Shown here: positions 10,103 through 20,120 of the stretch, in pieces
How positions within the stretch are numbered: the stretch's first letter is position 1
How the letters are laid out: the number at the start of each line of letters is the position of its first letter
From: a virus
Lineage: Duplodnaviria; Caudoviricetes
Reading direction: 5' to 3' (one strand)
DNA: 64,000 nucleotides
IMG/VR virus record: IMGVR_UViG_3300013713_000001
Coordinates: 32,001 to 96,000 of that record
Position numbers and translations under genes: made by a program
The notes under the pieces: model-generated
The model's input: the letters and a program-made list of their open reading frames with translations, nothing else
Told to the model about the DNA's origin: nothing
Databases searched by the model: none

Positions 10103-11004
10103 GTGTTCGAGTTAAGTGGTTGAACCGGAACGCTAGCTACGATTCCATTACTGTTTACCGAGATACAAAGAAAATCAGTCCGGATTCTCTGCCTGCGCCC
10201 ATTGCAACGTTAACCGGGGGCGAGAAGAGTTACCTTGATACGACAGCTCCAACGAAAACCTTGCTGTATTACCTCATTGCGTTAAAGAAAGGCTCGTCAA
10301 CGATATACTCTAAGCCCAAGCCTACCGTCAACGTAGGGTACACGGGACCTGGTCCGCAAGCTATTCAACTAGGCGATTGGCGGTTCGGTTACTTCGGGAC
10401 GTTAACTGAACTAGAATTTTTTAGTGCAGCCGAGGTAACCGCCCAGACAGGCATTACGAACCCCACAACCTCTACAACCACCTGGTACAAGTTTGCTTTC
10501 AGGGGAAAGGTCCTTTACATCCCTAACGGGCACCTGAGCACTGCTGTAGGGTGGAATCTTCTCTACTCCAAAGGGATGGTGTTTGGGATTGATGGCCCGG
10601 GGCCGACTGGTCACCAGAACACACCCGTGACGCAGATGCAAACGGTGACCAAAGGCGATGATCAGTTCATTGTTCGTTTACCGCGTTCCAACAACACCCC
10701 GGGCTACGTAGCGGGAACTACAGACTTTGCGTCAGGAGAGGGGATTGCCGAATATGCGCTTCTTATCTCCTTAGGAAATAAACCCACTGGGGAGGAAAAC
10801 CCTATCCTCGGCAACGCGGGGTTCTCTGGAGTTCCTGCGGTGGCCCCACTTGCTGAGTTTCAAGCTGGAGCACCAGCTTCAACCGGATGTAACCACGTTT
10901 ACGCGAATGGCGGAACAAATGTCAACATCACGCAGCTAACTAACTGTAACCGAAATACGTCTACCTACTGTTGGAGACCTGTCCTGGAATGGGTCATGCG
11001 CTAG
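10099..11004 (+). CDS. Virion structural protein, paralog of 9122..10102
   Basis: Same architecture: VRVKW..VYR..YLD..YY; TGPGPQ..GD..GYFG; WRPVLE. Confidence 0.65.
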   Translation: MSVRVKWLNRNASYDSITVYRDTKKISPDSLPAPIATLTGGEKSYLDTTAPTKTLLYYLIALKKGSSTIYSKPKPTVNVGYTGPGPQAIQLGDWRFGYFGTLTELEFFSAAEVTAQTGITNPTTSTTTWYKFAFRGKVLYIPNGHLSTAVGWNLLYSKGMVFGIDGPGPTGHQNTPVTQMQTVTKGDDQFIVRLPRSNNTPGYVAGTTDFASGEGIAEYALLISLGNKPTGEENPILGNAGFSGVPAVAPLAEFQAGAPASTGCNHVYANGGTNVNITQLTNCNRNTSTYCWRPVLEWVMR

Positions 11005-11028
11005 ATAACCTTTGATAGGACAATGTAG

Positions 11029-13980
11029 ATGGCTATTACTGATGATTCTGTTAAACCAGGTGACCTTCCTGGTATTGTTGAAGAAGCCGAATGGGAGGAA
11101 CACCTCCCCGCTCTGGTGACCGGCGTTAAGGTTCAGGGTAAACGCGATGGCACAGGGGCTTCCAACTTCCAGGCTCGGGTATTCGATAAGCGTACCCGTT
11201 GGCTGAAAGAGTTGTTCGAAAACTTCCAGCGTATCAACGGCACTGGGGTTATCCTCAAAGGGGTGCTCTACACCGAACAGGCGCTGGCCGCGATTCCAAC
11301 CGATGATCTCCTGATCGGGACCGCTTACTTCCTCAATTTCGAACTGAGGATGTGGAACGGTAAGGAGTGGGCGTCCTCGGGTTCCTTGCGTGGCGACCGG
11401 GGTATCAACATCCTTGGTGTCTGGCCGGATGAGGTAGAGCTCCCCGACTATAAACAACGTCAGATGGGCGATGCCTACATCTACAAGCACGACATCTGGG
11501 TACTTGTTCCTGACTTCGATTACTATGACACCAACCCTGACCCCAATGCCCCGCCGGTCTGGGAAGAACTGGGGATTCGCGGTCCAGCAGGGGCATCGAC
11601 CTACGAAACTTGGAAAGAACAGCCGGGTAATAAGGATAAGGGCATTGATGCATTCCTTAGTGCCCAGAAAGGGGAGAAGGGTGACGATGGTTTCGAGACC
11701 TGGAAAAAGATCCCAGGTAACGCAAAGAAAACCATTGAGGATTGGGCCGAAGCAATGCGCGGCAAGCAGGGGATCCAGGGTGACCCTCGTGCCCCGTTCA
11801 CTGTAGCCGGGTCCAAGGAAACGATTACCCAGTTACCCTTCCCAGGTGATGAAAAGAAGGCCTACTACGTTGGCATTGATCTCTACGTTTGGGTAGAAGG
11901 CATTCAGGACTACTTCGTGGTACCCGGCCTTAAAGGGATGAGCGCTTACGAAGACTGGTTGGCATCCGACCCTGAGCATGCTGGCTTGAGTGTTGATGTG
12001 TTCCTTAACTCACTTATCTCCCAGGTCCCCGGACCACGAGGCTTTAAGGGCGAAGATGGTAAGGACGGTCGCAACCTGCGAGTGAAGGGAACTGTTAGCA
12101 ATGCTGGTAATCTCCGGGAAATCCTGAAGCCGGAGGACCAAGACGGTTACGTGGCATCCGATACCGGTCGCCTGTGGATGTGGCTACCGAACGACCCTGA
12201 GCCTGGTTGGGTAGACCTCGGGCCTTACCGCGGGGTTGATGGTCTGGACTCCTACCAGGTCTGGAAGAAGAACGTCAATCCTGAAGGGACCATGGGTGAA
12301 TACCTGGCGTCCATCAAGGGTAAAGACGGGATCAACATGAAAGTTAACGGGATCGTTGATACCCTCAACGACCTTCCGATTAACGCTCAAGAGCAGATGT
12401 TGTACGCTGTTATTGAGGAACACTCGTTCTACATGTACCTGGACGGCGCCTGGGCCAACATTGGCAACTACGGGATGGATGGCAAAGACGGTATCGACGG
12501 GAAATCCCTCGACATCATCAAGGTCTTTACCGAAGCTGACCAAGTCATTCCTCCTGCCGATGCCAGTACCAAGGGTAAGGCCTATGTCTCCCTTAACCCT
12601 CGCGATGTCTACGTCAACGTCAGCGGGTACAACTGGATCAACGCAGGTCCCTTCATGCCTGAGGGCAAGCAGGGGATCCAGGGCGTGGCGTTCCGTCCGA
12701 AGGGTACGGTCACCTCGTTGCAAGAACTTCCAAGGATTGGCGGGAAGGATGGGGCTCAAGAAGGTGACAGCTACTCGGTCATCTCCGAAGCCAAGAAGAT
12801 GTGGACAGTTATCGAGGGGCGGTGGGAAGGTCCTATCGATATCGTTGGTCCCCAAGGTGATCAAGGCATCCAGGGTATCCCGGGTGCACTGATGCCGATC
12901 AAGGGCGTCTACAAGAGCATGCCCCTGTTGCGTGCCGCTAAGCCGACTGGGTCACTCGGTGATGCTTACATGATCATCGACCTTGACGCCAAGCCTGACC
13001 CTATCCGTAACCTGGCCATCTGGTCTGAAGAAGGCAATGACTGGGTCGACACGGGACCTGCAGGGGTTAAGGGTGAACGGGGTCCAGCGGGTCCAGCCTC
13101 TACGATCCCAGGTCCTATCGGTAGCCAGTGGCTGATCCTCGACACCCAGGATGCCCCTTCCAACGTCTTCAACGGCCGTGAGGGGGATTGGGCAGTTAAC
13201 CGGTTGATGCGAGTGTACTACCGTACTGCTACGAGCTGGGCATACTGGGGAACACTGGTCGCAGGTGACGTTAACTCGCCGCTGCAGTCTGAAGGTAAGG
13301 TGGTTCGTTACGGTGACGTCTGGGTCCCTCTTCCTGTTGACGAAGTAAAGAACGCAGAGCAAGGTAAATTCTACGGTCGGACGATAGTAGGGCAAACTGA
13401 AAGTGGGGGTAACGTTCTCGATTGGTCGGAAATCAAGACCATCGAGGACCTCAAGACCAAGGATGATGTCAAACAGTTCGTTCGGGTCTTCAAGAAGGAC
13501 TCGTCGGTTCCCGTCTGGGCTGAACTGGATGGTATGCAGGACCCCTTGAACCCAAAGGACGGTGCCTACTACCTGCGTTTCAGTAAGAACAAATCGTGGG
13601 TCGAGTTTAAAGTAGCGCCATCTGACGACAAGTTGTACATGTCGAAAAATGGTGACTGGGTAGCCTTTGACCGCTACGACGTTCTCATGAAGAAGATCAC
13701 TACCACGTACCAGATCGACCCGTTGGTCGAGCAGTTCGTAAAACTCGACAACACTGCTGCAACAGCTAAGACCATCAGTCTCAAAGCGGGTCCTAAAGAC
13801 CGCGGAATGGTTGTTGTACTGGTCGTTGTTGGTATCACGGGTGGTCTTCTCTACGACAGCACAAACATCAAGTGGGACCTTAACACCATCCCCTCGTTGA
13901 GCGGAACTCGCAACGTCATCTCCTTTGTGTGGGACGGCGAGTTCTGGCTCGGTGCGAAAGGGGCAAACCCAACTACTTAA
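11029..13980 (+). CDS. Tail fibre protein 2, paralog of fibre 1
   Basis: Near-identical N-terminus (MAITDD.VKPGDLP), collagen linkers, shared VAGDVNSPL and C-terminal F.WDGE.W. Confidence 0.8.
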   Translation: MAITDDSVKPGDLPGIVEEAEWEEHLPALVTGVKVQGKRDGTGASNFQARVFDKRTRWLKELFENFQRINGTGVILKGVLYTEQALAAIPTDDLLIGTAYFLNFELRMWNGKEWASSGSLRGDRGINILGVWPDEVELPDYKQRQMGDAYIYKHDIWVLVPDFDYYDTNPDPNAPPVWEELGIRGPAGASTYETWKEQPGNKDKGIDAFLSAQKGEKGDDGFETWKKIPGNAKKTIEDWAEAMRGKQGIQGDPRAPFTVAGSKETITQLPFPGDEKKAYYVGIDLYVWVEGIQDYFVVPGLKGMSAYEDWLASDPEHAGLSVDVFLNSLISQVPGPRGFKGEDGKDGRNLRVKGTVSNAGNLREILKPEDQDGYVASDTGRLWMWLPNDPEPGWVDLGPYRGVDGLDSYQVWKKNVNPEGTMGEYLASIKGKDGINMKVNGIVDTLNDLPINAQEQMLYAVIEEHSFYMYLDGAWANIGNYGMDGKDGIDGKSLDIIKVFTEADQVIPPADASTKGKAYVSLNPRDVYVNVSGYNWINAGPFMPEGKQGIQGVAFRPKGTVTSLQELPRIGGKDGAQEGDSYSVISEAKKMWTVIEGRWEGPIDIVGPQGDQGIQGIPGALMPIKGVYKSMPLLRAAKPTGSLGDAYMIIDLDAKPDPIRNLAIWSEEGNDWVDTGPAGVKGERGPAGPASTIPGPIGSQWLILDTQDAPSNVFNGREGDWAVNRLMRVYYRTATSWAYWGTLVAGDVNSPLQSEGKVVRYGDVWVPLPVDEVKNAEQGKFYGRTIVGQTESGGNVLDWSEIKTIEDLKTKDDVKQFVRVFKKDSSVPVWAELDGMQDPLNPKDGAYYLRFSKNKSWVEFKVAPSDDKLYMSKNGDWVAFDRYDVLMKKITTTYQIDPLVEQFVKLDNTAATAKTISLKAGPKDRGMVVVLVVVGITGGLLYDSTNIKWDLNTIPSLSGTRNVISFVWDGEFWLGAKGANPTT

Positions 13981-13983
13981 GGC

Positions 13984-14015
13984 AGAGAAGGGGCGGTACC
14001 TCCGTCCCTTTCTCT
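13984..14015 (+). terminator. Stem-loop between fibre 2 and its chaperone
   Basis: AGAGAAGGGGCGG/CCGTCCCTTTCTCT imperfect inverted repeat. Confidence 0.45.
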
Positions 14016-14025
14016 GGAGGTTTAT

Positions 14026-14682
14026 ATGACTACGGTTATTGTTGATGAAAACACTCCGCTCATTCATCCGGAAAGTGGCGAGTTTCCTATTTTCCTTAGT
14101 GAGTTCTCTTCTCGGATGATCGGTTCCTTTCCGCCGGTCATTGAAGCATCGGTGCTTGAAGGCCTGGGGTACTTTCCAGTATCTCCCGGTGTAGTGCCTG
14201 AAGGTGACGTGGTTGAAGCGGGTCGTCCTGTTCTTGAAGACGGCGTCTGGACTCGCACCTACACCAGCCGTTCATTCTCGAAAGAAGAACTCAACCGTAA
14301 GTTGCAGTTGGCCAAGGCTGATCTTAACCGTCTGGTGGACGAACACTGTCAACGGGTCCTGGATGAAGGGTTCCCTCACACGTTTGGGAGCAAGGGCATC
14401 TACCATGTTCAGATCAACGAGTCTGGGCGTGCAACGATCTCTGACCTTCGGATGTTGGCACGCGAGTTCATTGACGCCGGTGAAGAAGGCGAGTTCACCT
14501 TCCGGGTCTACGAGAACCAGATGATGACGCTTTCTGCCAAAGAGATGGTCGCGCTGGGTCGTGAAGCCATCCTGAACCACCAGCTGGTAAAGAAGAAAAG
14601 CTGGGAGCTCAAGGAAGCTATCAGTGCCGCGCAAACAACTGAAGAGTTGCCAGACATCAACATCGCCTGGTTTTCTGCTTAA
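14026..14682 (+). CDS. Tail fibre assembly chaperone-like protein 2
   Basis: Paralog of 6987..7673 (TPLI, YHVQI, VYEN..TL.AKEMVA, WELK). Confidence 0.65.
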   Translation: MTTVIVDENTPLIHPESGEFPIFLSEFSSRMIGSFPPVIEASVLEGLGYFPVSPGVVPEGDVVEAGRPVLEDGVWTRTYTSRSFSKEELNRKLQLAKADLNRLVDEHCQRVLDEGFPHTFGSKGIYHVQINESGRATISDLRMLAREFIDAGEEGEFTFRVYENQMMTLSAKEMVALGREAILNHQLVKKKSWELKEAISAAQTTEELPDINIAWFSA

Positions 14683-14727
14683 CGGTATGCCAGGGGAAAC
14701 CCTGGCGTAGACAACAGGTACTCTCCC

Positions 14728-17700
14728 ATGCTCGAAGCAATCAATATCGCCTCTGCAAAGGCTCAAGACGATCGTGAGTTGCCCTTTCCGAAAGGGACTC
14801 CTTATAAGGGCATCGTTCCTGCGAAGGGCTTTTTGACCGGTACTCAGTTGGCCTCCATGATTGGCCTGACCGACGGTACCGCAATTAACGACGATGCTGG
14901 CTGGCTGCACTACATTGAAGATTCTGGGCTTGAGCTGTATATCGCTAAAAAGCCCCTCCGGATAAACACCACGTGGGAACTTATCAACACGGCCCAGGGT
15001 GGTAACAAGAAGGTTGTAGAAGTAAACGGTGAACGTTATGTGGTCCGGTTCATCGCAGGTAACGCCGGTGCCTACGACTACGCGTGGGATCGGTACATTC
15101 TCGGCGTGTACAACAGTGCTGACCGAACAGGGTTCCCAGCCGGAGTTCCTTACTGGGGTGACTACACTGCCTCCATGCTCGGGGTAGCGGTCACGAATGA
15201 ATTGTCGGATGGCTCTCACACCATTTGTGCTGAGCCGGATACGAGTCGGGGCGGTTACGTCTGCCGGGGTAACGGGGGGAGTGCTGCTGTTCGCGGGGTT
15301 ACGGCTAACTGGTATCTTCCAGCCAACACCCGTTACAAGCACTACGGTTGGCGTCCAATGCTTGTAAAGGAATCTACCATTCCGTCGATCCCCTTTAAAG
15401 GTGAGGTAGAACAAAAGGACTTCATCACTGACATTGAACTCGCAGCGCAGCTGGGTGTAACGGGCGGTAGCCGGATCAACGCAGGTGTTCAGTGGCTCCA
15501 CTTTGTGTTCGATAAGGGACCGGAACTCTATGTCGCTAAAAAGTCGATGCGGAGTAACCTGACCTGGGAGTTTTACAATAACCTGGGACTGGCTCTTGGT
15601 AAGCGGCTTATCCAAATTGGGGATCGATACTTTAAAGTACGGTTCATCCTGGGGGCGGACAAGGAGCCTGCTAACGCCACGCTTGGACGAGAGTGGATGC
15701 AGCTTTTCCCGCCCCTTACTAATGGAACTTGGGCAAACTACCTTTACAGTGATCTTGGCGTAGGGACCGGTACCAGCAATGGTGAACTGGCCATGTTCCA
15801 AGAGATCTCCATGAGGTCGGATAAGGCCCACGCTGCGGGACCCTATTCAGGAACCTCGAACCTCTGGTACCAACCGGCAGGGGCTACCAACGGTGGATAC
15901 GGCTGGCGTCCGGTACTGGAGCTCGTAAAGGATCTTCCGGTCTATCCAGATTCCGGTCCTGGTCCTAAAGTGTTGATGTCTGGGACTGAAGACCTGGGTT
16001 ACTTCGGACAGGTCACTGCCACTGAGTTGTTTGGCGCAAAGGACTTCTTGACGAGGGCTGCCATTGCGGGAACTACTCTTGTAGCAAGCGCTAACACCCA
16101 GGTCTACACCTGGCTGAAGTTCTTCTTCAAGAGGAAAGTCATCTATATTGCGAAGATTCCGTTTGCCTCTGGGCTCACCTGGGAGAACGCATATAAGGCG
16201 GGCTTGGTGTACGGTGAGCGCGGAACCGGACTCTTCCCGGTCGCTGGATCCCCTACTGATCAGTACCGGCCCATGACAAAACAAGATAATGGGAAAACCT
16301 GTTACCTTGTTCCCCGCCTTATCCATGGACTTGCCATGGACAACTATGCCTCGAAAGATGACGACCAATACGCAGGAAGTGAATGGACTGAGCTGCTGGG
16401 CCGAACGGTTATCGAAGCGAACCGACCAATCACCGAGAAGTGGGATAACTTCTTTATGGTGGATATTGGGTCCGGTGGATCAGAGTATACCCTTGGGCTG
16501 GAAACGAATAGAAATAACCTCAATACTGCGGTTTACATGACCGACCCCAACAGTGTTGTAAACCGGTTCACCCACCGTGACAGTGTGTCAAAAACACAAA
16601 ACAACCTCTACTACCGCCCAGTGCTTGAACTTGTTGACCTCGCTGCAGCCAGATCCATCCCTGGACTTGAAAAGGTCATGGACATGCCAGTAGCGCTGTC
16701 GAACCTTGCGGCGGGCGCGTCTGGGGTTAGTCTATGGACGTATGGCGGACAGGGTGTTTCGGCCCTTAGTGGCGACAGGTACCGTTTTGACCTCGAGAAG
16801 TATACAAGTATTAAGGGGACTTACGGCGTATACGGATGGGGAGGTAGCTGCTGGCTATCCGGCCTATGGATGCTGGGAGGGACCGACGGGACCTACAAGA
16901 ACACCCTTTACAAACTCGACACCAGTTCAGGGTCTCGATCGGCCACAGGGAAAGCGCTTCCTGGACCTGTGCGGGGTCAAGTAGCAATGGCAACGATTGA
17001 TAACTACAACTTCCACGCGGTAGGAGGGATCGACACCACAACTGGTAAAACAACCGCGTTGCACTACCGTTATCGGATTGTTCTTGATTACTGGACCCAG
17101 TTGGCAGATCTCCCGCAGCCAATGACCGGGCATTCGGCAGGTTGCTACAATGGCAAGTTCTACGTGGGGGGTGGCTGGAATGAGACTGCCGGTAACCTTG
17201 CTGAGATCTACGAGTACACCCCATCAACCAACAGCTGGGCTGAGATCACCAAGTGTCCGGCAAAGACTGCATGGGTTGGCGGCGGGATCTTCAAGAACTT
17301 CTTTGTGCTTGGCGCAAACGAGAACGGTCGTTTGGTTCTCCATGTCTACGATATCGATGCCCAGAAGTGGGGACGTGTCTACACGACGGCACCGGCCCGG
17401 TGGGGTGCGATGTTTGCACCAGAGACAGCGTCGATGCTTATTGTCGGGGGTTGCGCTAACGGCAACGTAGGGACTGACGAGTACCTTGCAGCGCCTCGCT
17501 TCACGGATATCCTCCGGTTCAGCACACTGGATATCCCAGTAGAAGAACTTGGCCCAAGGATGGTAAACGCGGAGCGTGACGGGGTGTTTAACTACATTCC
17601 TGAAACCGATCGAGACCTTGTTACCGGCACCGTGATTTCCACGCTTGCTGGTGGGGCCATAAAGGATACCACACGGCTTATCGACGGGAAGCCCTCCCTT

Positions 17701-18768
17701 CGCTTGGCTAACGGCGCCTCAGAAGTATCACTTAAGCCTGCCGGCGGTATCTCACTTGATGATTACCTTGAGTGGACGCTTGAGTGGACAAGTCTTCCAG
17801 AGACTATCGCAAATGGCAGCTTCAAGAACGAACTGATGATCCGGGGCAGTTCAATGCTCATGGGGACTCGTTGGACCAATACTGCGCTTGGTGACTGCCT
17901 GCAAATTTCCTTTGCAAACTTTGATGCACTTGATTCCTGGAGGGTTCCATTAGTCAAAACTGATGCTGTTGGGAAGGTGCTGAAACACGCACTTGTGTTC
18001 AAGAACAACCGTATCAGCTACTTCCTTAACGGGACGAAACAAACCTTGCAAAACCGTTCTCCAGGAGACAGCAACGCAATCTCTCGGGACTATATCGAAA
18101 AAGTAAGTCCCTTTGGAAAAGTGACCAACTTCTCCTTGGGCTACTTTAGCGATACCTATACCTCCTACACCGGTAACTTCGGGGCGGTACGGTTTGTTCC
18201 AGTAGCCTTGTACTCCAAAGACTACGTCGCACCGGGCATTTATGAACGTGGGTTGGTAACTGATGACGGTAAGTTTTACAAACGTGCGCACCCTGTCTTT
18301 ACCGGTAATGTGACCGATGGGTATCAGGCGACGGCAACATCTGCGTATGACAACGATATCTATGCAGGATTCCGGGCTCTTGACTTTAAGCCACAAAATA
18401 CTGATTCTGTCGTTGTTAATAACCATCCGAGGTCAGTGTGGCTTGCAAGTTCGCCGGCGCTACCTCAGATGCTATCCCTGAGTATGCCAGAAGCTAAGCG
18501 CATCACGGGTCTTGTGCTGCGAGCTTACACGACCCCAGCCATTGGTGGCGGTGTAGTACAGTTTGACATCGAGACTTCGGTGGACGGAGTCACCTGGACA
18601 AAGGTTTACAGCAGTCCAGCACGGTCTAACACCAGTGTGGCTGATGACATTTACAGGGACGTGTTTGATGTAACCACGCGTTATATCCGTATGAAAGTAA
18701 ACACAACACAAGGATCGGCGTACAACGCTAGTGTGTTTGACATGTTCTTCCTTGAAAGAGGAGTGTAA
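14728..18768 (+). CDS. Large mosaic virion protein/adhesin: three family repeats, Kelch repeats, LamG-like and F5/8C-like domains
   Basis: Three W/YRP.L-terminated repeats; Kelch GG..Y..W motifs; WTLEW..HALVF..YFLNG (LamG-like); ATATSAY..FDIETSVDGVTW..TRYIRM (discoidin-like). Confidence 0.7.
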   Translation: MLEAINIASAKAQDDRELPFPKGTPYKGIVPAKGFLTGTQLASMIGLTDGTAINDDAGWLHYIEDSGLELYIAKKPLRINTTWELINTAQGGNKKVVEVNGERYVVRFIAGNAGAYDYAWDRYILGVYNSADRTGFPAGVPYWGDYTASMLGVAVTNELSDGSHTICAEPDTSRGGYVCRGNGGSAAVRGVTANWYLPANTRYKHYGWRPMLVKESTIPSIPFKGEVEQKDFITDIELAAQLGVTGGSRINAGVQWLHFVFDKGPELYVAKKSMRSNLTWEFYNNLGLALGKRLIQIGDRYFKVRFILGADKEPANATLGREWMQLFPPLTNGTWANYLYSDLGVGTGTSNGELAMFQEISMRSDKAHAAGPYSGTSNLWYQPAGATNGGYGWRPVLELVKDLPVYPDSGPGPKVLMSGTEDLGYFGQVTATELFGAKDFLTRAAIAGTTLVASANTQVYTWLKFFFKRKVIYIAKIPFASGLTWENAYKAGLVYGERGTGLFPVAGSPTDQYRPMTKQDNGKTCYLVPRLIHGLAMDNYASKDDDQYAGSEWTELLGRTVIEANRPITEKWDNFFMVDIGSGGSEYTLGLETNRNNLNTAVYMTDPNSVVNRFTHRDSVSKTQNNLYYRPVLELVDLAAARSIPGLEKVMDMPVALSNLAAGASGVSLWTYGGQGVSALSGDRYRFDLEKYTSIKGTYGVYGWGGSCWLSGLWMLGGTDGTYKNTLYKLDTSSGSRSATGKALPGPVRGQVAMATIDNYNFHAVGGIDTTTGKTTALHYRYRIVLDYWTQLADLPQPMTGHSAGCYNGKFYVGGGWNETAGNLAEIYEYTPSTNSWAEITKCPAKTAWVGGGIFKNFFVLGANENGRLVLHVYDIDAQKWGRVYTTAPARWGAMFAPETASMLIVGGCANGNVGTDEYLAAPRFTDILRFSTLDIPVEELGPRMVNAERDGVFNYIPETDRDLVTGTVISTLAGGAIKDTTRLIDGKPSLRLANGASEVSLKPAGGISLDDYLEWTLEWTSLPETIANGSFKNELMIRGSSMLMGTRWTNTALGDCLQISFANFDALDSWRVPLVKTDAVGKVLKHALVFKNNRISYFLNGTKQTLQNRSPGDSNAISRDYIEKVSPFGKVTNFSLGYFSDTYTSYTGNFGAVRFVPVALYSKDYVAPGIYERGLVTDDGKFYKRAHPVFTGNVTDGYQATATSAYDNDIYAGFRALDFKPQNTDSVVVNNHPRSVWLASSPALPQMLSLSMPEAKRITGLVLRAYTTPAIGGGVVQFDIETSVDGVTWTKVYSSPARSNTSVADDIYRDVFDVTTRYIRMKVNTTQGSAYNASVFDMFFLERGV

Positions 18769-18893
18769 CTAACTAAGCTGTGCTCGGCGGGGACCTTCCG
18801 CCGGGCCGCTTAACACCTGGACTCCAAAAGAGAAAGCAGGAGGTTACTGAAACAAAGGCCTATTACTAAATTTCGATTTGAGGATGGACTCCT

Positions 18894-19268
18894 ATGGATA
18901 AACCTATCGACCCGTTTGATTTCAACAAACCCCCCTTCATGAGCTTGATGCTACCCCTTACGGAGCCAGGGGTAAACGGACCATTGCAAGTGGTTCACGA
19001 GCGTTTGAATATCCTGAAAAACATGATTCACGGGGGAGTAGGTCCTTCTCTCCATTTTATTGGGACACTGCCTAATCGAAATGCCTTAGACGGTATCGAT
19101 ACCACCTCCCTTCCAGAGAACAGTGCTTACTTTGTAGGTCCTGCTATCGCGGTATGGAACAAAGAGGAATGGGTTGTGTCCGACTCCCTTCAGGGACCCC
19201 CCGGGGATGGCGCTAGTGATGGTGATGATTCTGACTTGCTTCTTATCTATCAAACAGCCAAAGGGTAA
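18894..19268 (+). CDS. Short fibre-anchor-like protein (cassette gene A)
   Basis: GTLP..AL..I.T..L...AYFV..I.VWN..EW..S.SL.G matches first module of both fibres; ends DLLLIYQTAKG. Confidence 0.7.
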   Translation: MDKPIDPFDFNKPPFMSLMLPLTEPGVNGPLQVVHERLNILKNMIHGGVGPSLHFIGTLPNRNALDGIDTTSLPENSAYFVGPAIAVWNKEEWVVSDSLQGPPGDGASDGDDSDLLLIYQTAKG

Positions 19269-19274
19269 CACATC

Positions 19275-19862
19275 ATGTCTTCTGCCAATCTGATCCTGCT
19301 TGCTGGTGCCATCGGTGCCGACGTCAAACTGCTGCGCCAGGTCCAAGGTGATCTGACCAAGCTCCCCACCACCGCCAAAGACAACCTGGTCAATGCGCTC
19401 ATCGAGCTGCACGCCCTGGCCAGCGCTCCGAAAGGCGCCCAGATCGATGACACCGCTACCAACGGCGACGTCGATGTCACCTGGTCCGCCGACAAGATCT
19501 TCGACTCCATCGCTCAGGCCATCGTCACCGCCAAAAGCGAAACCAAGAACGAACTGCTCGACGGCGCCGGCGCGGCCTACGACACCTTCAAGGAACTCCA
19601 GGACCTCCTGGTTGGCCAAGAAGATGCCGTCTCCGCTCTGACCACCGCTGTCGGCAACCGCGTTCGCTTCGACCAGGCGCAAGTCCTGACCGACGAGCAG
19701 AAAGGCATCGCGCGTTCGAACATCGGTGCGGCCAGCACTCAGGACGTTACCAACGTCACTGCTCAGATCACCACCGTGAGCGACAACCTCGCTGCCCTGG
19801 TCGACTCCCTGGGTGACGTCGACGCCGACCTGGTCGCTGCCTACAACGCTGCCAAGGCGTAA
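19275..19862 (+). CDS. Coiled-coil fibre subunit, probably high copy (cassette gene B)
   Basis: Fibre motifs GAGAAYDTFKEL and QVLTDEQKGIARSNIGA; extreme C/G-ending codon bias; starts LAGAIGADVK, ends DLVAAYNAAKA. Confidence 0.75.
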   Translation: MSSANLILLAGAIGADVKLLRQVQGDLTKLPTTAKDNLVNALIELHALASAPKGAQIDDTATNGDVDVTWSADKIFDSIAQAIVTAKSETKNELLDGAGAAYDTFKELQDLLVGQEDAVSALTTAVGNRVRFDQAQVLTDEQKGIARSNIGAASTQDVTNVTAQITTVSDNLAALVDSLGDVDADLVAAYNAAKA

Positions 19863-19865
19863 TAG

Positions 19866-20042
19866 GTGAGCTCGAGCGCCAGAGCAGTTGCACTGGCTGA
19901 GGCCGTAGGGGTGGATATCAAAGACCTCACTGCGCAACTGCAGGCGAGCAACCAGCAAATCACCGATCTTCAAGACGCCCTGGTCCAGGCAAACGCCAAG
20001 ATCAAGGAACTGACGGAACGATTGGACGCAATGACCAACTAG
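19866..20042 (+). CDS. 58-aa coiled-coil protein (cassette gene C), absent from ORF track
   Basis: GTG start directly after TAA TAG of gene B; LAEAVGVDIKDL resembles gene B N-terminus; heptad-rich. Confidence 0.65.
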   Translation: MSSSARAVALAEAVGVDIKDLTAQLQASNQQITDLQDALVQANAKIKELTERLDAMTN

Positions 20043-20074
20043 CCCCTTGGTCAAAGCAAAAAAAAAGTAGTAGC

Positions 20075-20110
20075 TAACCCTACCCAGCCTTTCAGGGCTG
20101 GGTAGGGTTA
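20075..20110. terminator. Bidirectional terminator hairpin between convergent operons
   Basis: 15-bp stem TAACCCTACCCAGCC/GGCTGGGTAGGGTTA, A-run on left side. Confidence 0.8.
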
Positions 20111-20120
20111 TGTTCGCAAC

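Noticed and set aside
19860-19868. Possible stop-codon readthrough fusing gene B to gene C, which are in frame
   Set aside because: Two consecutive stops (TAA TAG) make readthrough unlikely; re-initiation at GTG is simpler
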